DNA of 52,791 nucleotides from a virus (taxonomy: Duplodnaviria; Caudoviricetes). Below the pieces are notes generated by a model. That model saw only the letters and a list, made by a program, of their open reading frames with translations, was not told the origin of the DNA and ran no database searches. Of the stretch, positions 31,077-38,740 are shown one piece after another (positions within the stretch are counted from its first letter, which is position 1; each line of letters starts with the position of its first letter). The stretch spans positions 1 to 52,791 of IMG/VR virus record IMGVR_UViG_3300020055_001962. One strand, written 5' to 3'. Both the position numbers and the translations under genes were made by a program.

Positions 31077-32156
31077 ATGATATCTTACGATGCATGGGAT
31101 AGAGAATACAAAGAAAATAAAGAAACCTACTTAGAATTATTTGATAATTTTATGAGTCAAATGAATTATGAAAATAATGAAGAATTTGAAGGGTTGTTCG
31201 CAATAAAAATTGGACGTAAACATTGCGTTAGTGTAGCAAGTGCTACTGATGCATTACATTTTGCTCTATTAGCACATGGCATCGGCCCGGGCGACGAAGT
31301 ATTAGTAACAGACTTTTCTTGGATTTCGTCTGCGTCTTGTGTTGACATGGTAGGTGCAACACCTGTATTTTGTGATATTGATCTAGACTCTTATCAAATG
31401 TCGTTTGAAAGTATCAAACGTATGTACAGCGAAAAAACAAAAGCCATCGTATATGTACACTTGTTTGGTAATATGGTTGATACAACAAACATACAAAACT
31501 TTTGCAAGGAAAAAGGTATTCTATTTATTGAAGATGCTGCACAAAGTTTAGGTAGTACACTACAAGGAGTTGCAGCAGGAACTATCGGCGATTGTAGCGT
31601 TTACAGTTTTAATAGTAATAAAGTTATTGCTGGAATTAACGGAGGCGGCGTAGTACTGACAGACAATGACGAAATTGCTAAAAAACTAAAAATGATTAGA
31701 CGTCATGGCAAGGATAAGACATTTGATGTATTAGGATTTAATAGCCGTATGTACGTACTTAATGCACAAATTATTAATCATAGATTAAGCAGTATGGAAG
31801 TTAATCAAGAAAAACGACAAAAAATTGCTTACAAGTATAATGAAGCATTTAAAGATCTACCAGTGTATACACAAAAGTCTACTAACGGGTTAAATCATAA
31901 TTACCACAAGTATACACTACGTTTTAAAAACAAAGATACACGTAAACGTGTTAAGACAGCATTAAATGCTTCTATCCATTATGAAAGACCGTTGTCGGCT
32001 AATTCAATGTATGATAACACAAATTATCGAAAAGATGACTGTGTTAATTCTAAATTAGTTTCTGATACTATTTTGTCTTTGCCTATTCATGCTTGGTTAA
32101 CAGATGAGGAAGTTAATACAGTAATTAATAAAGTAAAAGAGTCAATATACGATTAA
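31077..32156 (+). CDS. DegT/DnrJ/EryC1/StrS PLP-dependent (nucleotide-sugar) aminotransferase
   Basis: SATDAL, GPGDEV, GATPVFCD, VHLFG, EDAAQS, SFNSNK (Schiff-base Lys), LSLPIH; GAGG RBS. Confidence 0.93.
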   Translation: MISYDAWDREYKENKETYLELFDNFMSQMNYENNEEFEGLFAIKIGRKHCVSVASATDALHFALLAHGIGPGDEVLVTDFSWISSASCVDMVGATPVFCDIDLDSYQMSFESIKRMYSEKTKAIVYVHLFGNMVDTTNIQNFCKEKGILFIEDAAQSLGSTLQGVAAGTIGDCSVYSFNSNKVIAGINGGGVVLTDNDEIAKKLKMIRRHGKDKTFDVLGFNSRMYVLNAQIINHRLSSMEVNQEKRQKIAYKYNEAFKDLPVYTQKSTNGLNHNYHKYTLRFKNKDTRKRVKTALNASIHYERPLSANSMYDNTNYRKDDCVNSKLVSDTILSLPIHAWLTDEEVNTVINKVKESIYD

Positions 32157-32166
32157 GAGAAAAGAA

Positions 32167-32865
32167 ATGCCAGATAGACAAGTAGATGAAATTTTAGAAA
32201 AACATCGCCATGTCATGAAGTACGATACTAGTAAAGTACCGTCTGATAGCGTTATTGATGAATTATTACAACGCACTTGGAAGGTAACTCCTGCTAAAAA
32301 TCAGGTTATGCCATACAGTGTTTTTGTTTTAGGTCCTAAACATCAAGAATACAAAGATGAGATTTTTCGTTTGTGTTCATTTAATGAAGACGAACAAAAT
32401 CAAAGTAATCCAAAGGAAGATGTAAACAAGGGAAACCGTAAAGGACAAAATTATAAAAATATACTTACTTGTTCACATTTGCTTATTTTTACATTACGTT
32501 TAAACACTAAGCCTAATGAATTCCAAAAAGAAATGTTGGCTAAAGGAATATATTATGATCCGTTTTTTGAAGAAGGACTTGAAGATAGTGTTCCGGCAAT
32601 TTCTGTAGAATGTGGAATATTTAGCAATACATTTAGAGCTCTTTGTATAGACAAAGGTATTGATACATCGTATACGCTTAATTTTCCTCGTAAGGTTTCT
32701 CGATGGAAAAACATACCTTTTGTAGAAAGGAAAGTTCTTTTAATGATGACGGTAGGTTATAAAGAGTGGTACCGAACTGAAACTATCGAAAAATTTCATC
32801 TGTTCGGAAAACCTGGTGATGATTTAAAACCAGATTACCATGAAATAGTAAAATTTGTTGAATAA
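32167..32865 (+). CDS. Nitroreductase-fold protein (cassette 2)
   Basis: ILEKHRHVMKYD..VP...LLQRTWKVTPAKN..PY; ECGIF...GIDTSY; MTVG. Confidence 0.7.
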   Translation: MPDRQVDEILEKHRHVMKYDTSKVPSDSVIDELLQRTWKVTPAKNQVMPYSVFVLGPKHQEYKDEIFRLCSFNEDEQNQSNPKEDVNKGNRKGQNYKNILTCSHLLIFTLRLNTKPNEFQKEMLAKGIYYDPFFEEGLEDSVPAISVECGIFSNTFRALCIDKGIDTSYTLNFPRKVSRWKNIPFVERKVLLMMTVGYKEWYRTETIEKFHLFGKPGDDLKPDYHEIVKFVE

Positions 32866-32866
32866 T

Positions 32867-33502
32867 ATGCAAGAAGAATTTAAAAATAGAAACTTTCGTA
32901 ATAAAGTTTTAAATATCGAAAACACTCCTCGTTGTACTTTGGCCTGTCCTTCTTGCAAGCGTGTATCTTATTTAAATAAGCATGGATGGAAAACTAAAAT
33001 ACCTGGAGATGATCTAACACCGGACCAATTCAGAAAAATTATAAAATATTTTCGAAAAATTAATTGGTGCGGACAACTTTCAGATCCAATATACGGAAAA
33101 CATTTTATTGAATTATTAGAGATATGTTATGAAACAGACACGTGGTGCAAGGTAGCAACTGCTGCATCATCTCGTTCAAAAGATTGGTATACAAGAGCAT
33201 TCAAGGCAAATCCGAAGGCTGAATGGATATTTGGAATTGACGGTCCGCCGCATCTAAGTCATCTGCATAGGATAAACCAAGACGGCGAGCATTTGTTTAA
33301 AATGATGTGTTTAGCAAAAGATTTAGGATTAGATCCTGTATGGCAGATAATTGTTTTTAGTTTTAATGAAAATTATCTTGAAGAGTGTATGACGAAAGCA
33401 AAAGAACATGACTTAAAAGTTGATGTTATTATATCGTCAAGAGATGTTCCAAAAGATCTTTTACCAAAAAATCCAAAGTATAATGTTGATCAAAGGATAT
33501 AA
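32867..33502 (+). CDS. Short radical SAM protein (cassette 2)
   Basis: NIENTPRCTLACPSC, CGQLSDP, FGIDG and RINQDG motifs; ATG 32867 preferred over TTG 32855. Confidence 0.85.
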   Translation: MQEEFKNRNFRNKVLNIENTPRCTLACPSCKRVSYLNKHGWKTKIPGDDLTPDQFRKIIKYFRKINWCGQLSDPIYGKHFIELLEICYETDTWCKVATAASSRSKDWYTRAFKANPKAEWIFGIDGPPHLSHLHRINQDGEHLFKMMCLAKDLGLDPVWQIIVFSFNENYLEECMTKAKEHDLKVDVIISSRDVPKDLLPKNPKYNVDQRI

Positions 33503-33503
33503 A

Positions 33504-33920
33504 ATGGGGAAAGAAGAAAGAAAATTAACAAAAAATCAAAGGCGGTTAGAAAAACAGGCTAAGAGAAATAAAAAGCCTCTTTCTCGTCCTAAGCGTGTAC
33601 TTGATCCAAAATGTATCAATTCAGAACAACAAATTTGCTTATCATCTCAAGGATATTTCACTCCTTGTTGTTGGTTTGACGACAATTTAAAAAGAACTGA
33701 AGTATGGGTGCGTAATTTCTTTGAAGAGCATTTGCATATTAATAATAATAATGACATAGAAGACATATTTAACAGTAAGGAATGGACAGAATTTTATGAT
33801 ATGATAGTAAACAGTCCAAATTCTGCACCTAGAACATGTTGGGAAATGTGTGGTAGTAACTTAATTACAGAAAAGTTACTAGATACCAACGACAGTATCG
33901 AAGTTAGGATTAGACATTGA
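33504..33920 (+). CDS. Stand-alone SPASM/twitch-like Fe-S protein (cassette 2)
   Basis: PKC...GYFTPCCW...IEDIFNSKEW...PRTCWEMC; ATG 33504 with AAGGA RBS. Confidence 0.7.
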   Translation: MGKEERKLTKNQRRLEKQAKRNKKPLSRPKRVLDPKCINSEQQICLSSQGYFTPCCWFDDNLKRTEVWVRNFFEEHLHINNNNDIEDIFNSKEWTEFYDMIVNSPNSAPRTCWEMCGSNLITEKLLDTNDSIEVRIRH

Positions 33921-33952
33921 GAAATAACATAAGTACTACACAGGGGATAATT

Positions 33953-34639
33953 ATGAGCATAGACGAAATACTACAAAAAAGAAGATATGTTAGAAGATAT
34001 GACAAAAACGCCAAAATACCAGAATCGTTGATAAACAGTCTTTTACAAAGAACTTGGCGTGTAACACCTTCTAAAAATAATTTTATGCCTTATATGGTCC
34101 ATGTTATAGGTAATAAGCCTGAACATCAGAAATATAAAGAAGCAGTGTATCTTAATGCAGCTCAAAACGAAGGTAACCACGACGGCGTTCCGGATCCTCT
34201 TAACGAACGTTATAGTGAAAATTTACCTAACTATCATAATATTCTAAATTGTTCTTATTTAATCATTCCTACATTAAGATTAGAAGACAAGCCAAATAGA
34301 TTTCAACAATACCTAATAAAAAGAGGACACAAGTACGAAGCAACAGATCCTAAAGCAGTTGATAATTTATATGCTTCAGCTGCTTTTGAAGTGGGGCTAT
34401 TTTGTGATACATTTAGTGCATTGTGCCTTGAAAATGATATTGATGTATCTTTTACAGGATGTTTTTCAAAAAACATGTCGACATGGACAGAACTACCTTT
34501 CTTGAAAAAACCTCCATTAATATTAATGACTGTTGGTAAGGGAGAGTTGTACAGGCAAGAAGATCCAACAATGGCTCATGTTCTTAAAAACGATCTACGG
34601 CCGGACTATGATCGAATTGTTAATTTTGTTCGTTCATAA
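33953..34639 (+). CDS. Nitroreductase-fold protein, close paralogue of 32167..32865
   Basis: ILQKRRYVRRYD..IP...LLQRTWRVTPSKN.MPY; EVGLF; MTVG; DLRPDY. ATG 33953 after AGGGG; ATAAGTA late-promoter-like motif at 33929-33935. Confidence 0.72.
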   Translation: MSIDEILQKRRYVRRYDKNAKIPESLINSLLQRTWRVTPSKNNFMPYMVHVIGNKPEHQKYKEAVYLNAAQNEGNHDGVPDPLNERYSENLPNYHNILNCSYLIIPTLRLEDKPNRFQQYLIKRGHKYEATDPKAVDNLYASAAFEVGLFCDTFSALCLENDIDVSFTGCFSKNMSTWTELPFLKKPPLILMTVGKGELYRQEDPTMAHVLKNDLRPDYDRIVNFVRS

Positions 34640-34642
34640 TTC

Positions 34643-34671
34643 TTGACAAACTCTTTTTTAGAGCGTATAAT
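34643..34671 (+). promoter_or_regulatory. Perfect sigma70 consensus promoter TTGACA-17bp-TATAAT
   Basis: TTGACA 34643-34648 and TATAAT 34666-34671; AGAGGT RBS before ATG 34695. Confidence 0.85.
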
Positions 34672-34694
34672 AATATTAATAGTAGAGGTATTCG

Positions 34695-35405
34695 ATGAAA
34701 GATACAATAAAAAGTGCAGTTGATATAGCTCAAAGAGCTCAAAGAAACTATGACTTATCCAAGTCAATTCCTAGTGACGATCTACAAACTCTAATTTATG
34801 CTGCGACTAACTGCCCATCGAAACAAAACGAAACACACTATCAGTTAAAAGTTTACACAGATCAAGATATCATAAGAAGTATATACAACACTACTAAAAA
34901 GTTTACTATGCGTAATAGAGATCATCTTAACGAAATGTATGCAGTAGATGGAAAACTTATAGCAAAAGATAAGGCAATACATAACTCTCAGATACTAGCA
35001 AATGCATTATTTGTGTATATAGAAGATGACGGTCAAGCCCGCGGAGGCACTCACTTAAGAGCGCAAAAAAATCGTAGTACTTCGCCGATGCGGACATACG
35101 AAGAACAAAGAAATTTTTCAATTGGCATATCAGTTGGACAACTAACACTAACTTCTGCACTGCTAGGTTATAGAACAGGAGTTTGTTCAGCATATGAACA
35201 AGATGAAGTAAGAGAAATTACAAAATCAACCCGTAATATTAAATTATTAGTTGGAGTTGGGTATGAGAATGTCGGAGTAGATCGACAACTACATGCCGAA
35301 ACGTTAAACAAAGATATATGGGAACCTTTGCGTAACGGAGATCCTGACGAGCTTTGGAGATTTCCTAGTTTCCCCAAAAACATAAGAGTGACTATCAATG
35401 AATAA
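34695..35405 (+). CDS. Nitroreductase-fold protein (cassette 3)
   Basis: QRAQRNYD..IP...PSKQN; SIGISVGQLTL.SALLGYRTGVC; LVGVG. Confidence 0.78.
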   Translation: MKDTIKSAVDIAQRAQRNYDLSKSIPSDDLQTLIYAATNCPSKQNETHYQLKVYTDQDIIRSIYNTTKKFTMRNRDHLNEMYAVDGKLIAKDKAIHNSQILANALFVYIEDDGQARGGTHLRAQKNRSTSPMRTYEEQRNFSIGISVGQLTLTSALLGYRTGVCSAYEQDEVREITKSTRNIKLLVGVGYENVGVDRQLHAETLNKDIWEPLRNGDPDELWRFPSFPKNIRVTINE

Positions 35406-36027
35406 ATCTATTCAAAAGTTTTTTGCACGAAGATCGGTTAATATAGATATTACACATCGTTGTTCGTTAGAATGTCCGAGATGTCCTAGACAATACTTGT
35501 TTAAGGATAAAGGGCTTACAGTACCCGGCGACGATCTTAGTATGGAAAATTTTAAAAAAGTTTTGCGTTTTATGAATCACATAGACTTTGAAGGACAATA
35601 CTCAGATCCAGTACACCATCCTAAGTTTATTGAGTATTTAAAAATGTGTCGAGACAAGGTTTCCTGTGAAATACATAACGGATCATCACAAAAACCTAAA
35701 AGATGGTATATTGAAGCATTTGAAGCAAATCCAAATGCTCATTGGGTATTTTCAATAGATGGCCTTCCAGAAGAAAGCCATATCTATCGTGTAAACCAAG
35801 ACGGAAAAAAGTTATACGATATTATGAAAGAGTCAACAAAGTATCTGAAAAGAAAACCAACTTGGCAATATATCATATTCAGTTACAATGAAGATCATAT
35901 AGATCAGGCAATTGAATTAGCAAAAGAAGCAGGTGTTAACTTTTATCTTTTACAAAGTTCGAGATGGCTCAACGACGATGATCCGTTAATTCCAAAAAAC
36001 CCAAAATATAGGATGTCAACAAAATGA
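35398..36027 (+). CDS. Short radical SAM protein (cassette 3)
   Basis: NIDITHRCSLECPRC, EGQYSDP, FSIDG and RVNQDG motifs. Confidence 0.85.
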   Translation: MNKSIQKFFARRSVNIDITHRCSLECPRCPRQYLFKDKGLTVPGDDLSMENFKKVLRFMNHIDFEGQYSDPVHHPKFIEYLKMCRDKVSCEIHNGSSQKPKRWYIEAFEANPNAHWVFSIDGLPEESHIYRVNQDGKKLYDIMKESTKYLKRKPTWQYIIFSYNEDHIDQAIELAKEAGVNFYLLQSSRWLNDDDPLIPKNPKYRMSTK

Positions 36028-36389
36028 GTGAAGAAAAAGTAATTTTAGATCCAATGTGTTTTTACGGTGATTTTCCTTTGTCAATTACTAATACAGGAGA
36101 ATTAATTCCTTGTTGTTATTGCGACGATCCTGATACGTTGAACGATCCGTCATTTAAAAAACTTTTAGCAGTAAGTAATATAAAAGATTACGAACGCTTA
36201 GAAGATATTATGAATACAAAAGAATGGCGCAAGTTTGCAAAAAGGTTAACAAAAAATCAAGGACCTCCTGCATGCATTAACACTTGTAGACGCAGAGAAG
36301 ATCCAGAAGACATTATAAGAAAAGATACTTGGATAAATCCAAACGATACTACAAAAACAAAAACAAGAAGAGCAGGACCACAAACATGA
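36024..36389 (+). CDS. Stand-alone SPASM/twitch-like Fe-S protein (cassette 3)
   Basis: PMC...GELIPCCYC...LEDIMNTKEW...PPACINTC; ATGA coupling. Confidence 0.7.
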   Translation: MSEEKVILDPMCFYGDFPLSITNTGELIPCCYCDDPDTLNDPSFKKLLAVSNIKDYERLEDIMNTKEWRKFAKRLTKNQGPPACINTCRRREDPEDIIRKDTWINPNDTTKTKTRRAGPQT

Positions 36390-37225
36390 TTACACTAGCA
36401 GATCTTAAAGGATCAGAATACTTAACAGTAGACTTTTATTTGTCAAAGTCCTGCAATAAGAATTGTCATTATTGCACAGCATGGACACTTGAAATGCGTA
36501 ACTTAGATGTTGATATGGATTTTGTAAGAAATACAGTCAAGTATCTAAGTCCGTATAAGACTAGAATTTGTTTGCTTGGTGGCGAACCAGGTTTGATTAA
36601 AAACCTAGATGAGGTTATTGCTGAGATTAAGAAATATCCTAATCTTATAGTACAGGTTCTTTCCAATTCTCTTGTAAGAAAGTTTTATCCGCACATATTA
36701 GAAGATCCGGACATTATCTATATTGAACATCTGGTTCTTGATTTTTATGAAGACAGAATCGAAAAACTAGGTAATTATGATTTCTTTGAAGAAAACGATA
36801 AAAATAATTACAACTTGATTATCAAAACACCAAATTACTTCAAATACAGAGAAAACTTTGATTTGTCTGTAGTAGATCATAAAAATACAGAATTTAAAGA
36901 ATATAATTCACGTTCTCCGAAGTTCTTCAAAGATCATACACTTGTACAAGCACCTGAACTTAACAGAAGAATTTGTGCTAAGTTTCCACTAGTACCAGTA
37001 GTTGACTTTGAAATTAAAAAGATTAGACATTGTAGCCGTAAGGCAATTAATGGCTCGAGAGAATTTGATGTTACAAAAGAAAATATTGACAAAATGATGA
37101 ACTTTGATTTGTTTGAATTTGAAGAATACTGCAAAGTTTGTATGGACGAGATTCCAAGACGTCCGGATATTATTGTTAATAAGATACTTGAAAAGATTGA
37201 TGTTGTTGAAGAGGCGGTAGTATGA
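36386..37225 (+). CDS. Radical SAM protein with C-terminal Cys-rich (twitch-like) region
   Basis: CNKNCHYC, LLGGEP and LSNS motifs; C-terminal C...C...CxxC. Start moved to the ATGA overlap at 36386. Confidence 0.85.
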   Translation: MITLADLKGSEYLTVDFYLSKSCNKNCHYCTAWTLEMRNLDVDMDFVRNTVKYLSPYKTRICLLGGEPGLIKNLDEVIAEIKKYPNLIVQVLSNSLVRKFYPHILEDPDIIYIEHLVLDFYEDRIEKLGNYDFFEENDKNNYNLIIKTPNYFKYRENFDLSVVDHKNTEFKEYNSRSPKFFKDHTLVQAPELNRRICAKFPLVPVVDFEIKKIRHCSRKAINGSREFDVTKENIDKMMNFDLFEFEEYCKVCMDEIPRRPDIIVNKILEKIDVVEEAVV

Positions 37226-38736
37226 AGAAAATTTACTCGGTAGCAGTAAATATACATGACCATAATTCTTATGACGGTGAATTCCACTATCAAGCCGAAC
37301 GCTATACTCGTAGAAAACATAACCTAAATAGAGAAAACTCTCATGATCCTACTTATAGTAGAGAGTTCTTTTCCAATCTATTCTTACCAAAGTATAAAAA
37401 TCAAGGCAAAGATGAAATTTTTGCATTTACAGTTTCAAATTTAGGACAACAATTTGTTATTGACCTTATTGAAGAAAATATGTCTGACAAAGATTTCTTA
37501 GATTTTATGCCTGAAAACCTATGGGATTATTACCAAACAGATTCTTATTATTATATTGATCACCATCAGTCACATGCTGCTTATGCATTTTTAAGTTCCG
37601 GCTACGAAGAATCAGATATTTTAGCAATTGACGGCAGAGGCTGGCAGTTTAATTGTATTTTTATTGACAAAGATGGTAAGATTACTAACTTAAACAAAGA
37701 ACTGTCAGTTGGCGGACTTTGGAATAGATTGTCACAAGACATTGGGCTTGGATACTTGGGCGCAGGTAAGACAATGGGATTGGCAGCATATGGCGGATAT
37801 AACGCAGAAATACATGATATGATTAATCAGTATTTAGATAACCCTAACCATAGACTTCCAGACGGCTCTAAAAAAATACTAGAACGTATTCCTAAAGAAG
37901 ATGTAGCATTTACATTACAACTTGTAACAGAAGAACTAGTTAAAAAACATGTATATCCGTTAAAAACTTGCGATAGTCTTTGTATTGCAGGAGGCGTTGC
38001 ATATAACGGCTATATGAATGAAGAGTTTACAAAGCATTATACGAACGTACATGTACCACCAGCAGCAGGAGACGAAGGCCAAGCAATTGGAACATACATG
38101 CATGCTGATTACATTCTTAATAAGAACATTCATGTTCCGACAGTTTATGCTGGGCAAGAATATGAAGTAGATACTAGCATTTTTCAAGGACTAAACTTTG
38201 AAAAATTACCATTTGATAAACTTGTTGTACATGTTGCCAACGGAATTGCTAACGGAAAGATTGTAGGATGGCATCAAGGTAAGTCTGAAAGTGGTAATCG
38301 TGCATTAGGTAACAGAAGTATTTTAGCAGACCCAAGAAATCCTGATATAAAAGACATTATCAATAGTAAGATTAAACTGCGTGAAGACTTTCGTCCTTTT
38401 GCTCCTTCTGTTTTAGAAGAGCATTACGAAGAATACTTTGACACTAACCAAACAAGTCCGTATATGAGCCGTATTATGCCTGTTATTAGTGATAAGATTC
38501 CTGGTGTTACACACGTAGACGGTACAGCACGTATACAAACTGTTACAAGAGAGTTTAATGAACGCTATTATGACCTAATTAATGAATTTTATAAACTAAC
38601 AGGCATTCCTATGTTACTCAATACCAGTTTTAACTGTCAAGAGCCTATTGTAGAAACTCCGGAAGATGCTATAAACACTTTTAATAAGTGTGGATTAGAT
38701 TGGCTTGTTATTGGCGACTATATTGTAAAGAAGTGA
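37222..38736 (+). CDS. O-carbamoyltransferase (CmcH/NodU/TobZ family)
   Basis: HD, HHQSHA, DGRG, GKTMGLAAYG, GGVAYN, AGDEG, RALGNRSILA, FRPFAPS, HVDGTARIQT and LNTSFN motifs. Confidence 0.95.
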   Translation: MKKIYSVAVNIHDHNSYDGEFHYQAERYTRRKHNLNRENSHDPTYSREFFSNLFLPKYKNQGKDEIFAFTVSNLGQQFVIDLIEENMSDKDFLDFMPENLWDYYQTDSYYYIDHHQSHAAYAFLSSGYEESDILAIDGRGWQFNCIFIDKDGKITNLNKELSVGGLWNRLSQDIGLGYLGAGKTMGLAAYGGYNAEIHDMINQYLDNPNHRLPDGSKKILERIPKEDVAFTLQLVTEELVKKHVYPLKTCDSLCIAGGVAYNGYMNEEFTKHYTNVHVPPAAGDEGQAIGTYMHADYILNKNIHVPTVYAGQEYEVDTSIFQGLNFEKLPFDKLVVHVANGIANGKIVGWHQGKSESGNRALGNRSILADPRNPDIKDIINSKIKLREDFRPFAPSVLEEHYEEYFDTNQTSPYMSRIMPVISDKIPGVTHVDGTARIQTVTREFNERYYDLINEFYKLTGIPMLLNTSFNCQEPIVETPEDAINTFNKCGLDWLVIGDYIVKK

Positions 38737-38740
38737 AACT

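Noticed and set aside
29840-36030. Programmed frameshift or readthrough fusing each short rSAM to its SPASM-like partner
   Set aside because: The three junctions differ (62-nt overlap, 1-nt gap, ATGA overlap), share no slippery heptamer, and each partner has its own ATG. Separate genes is the simpler reading, though not excluded without proteomics.
37222-38736. DNA base hypermodification as the definite role of the island
   Set aside because: No thymidylate synthase/hydroxymethylase, nucleotide kinase, TET/JBP or DNA methylase gene is recognisable in the window, and the context is tail genes. Kept only as an alternative hypothesis.
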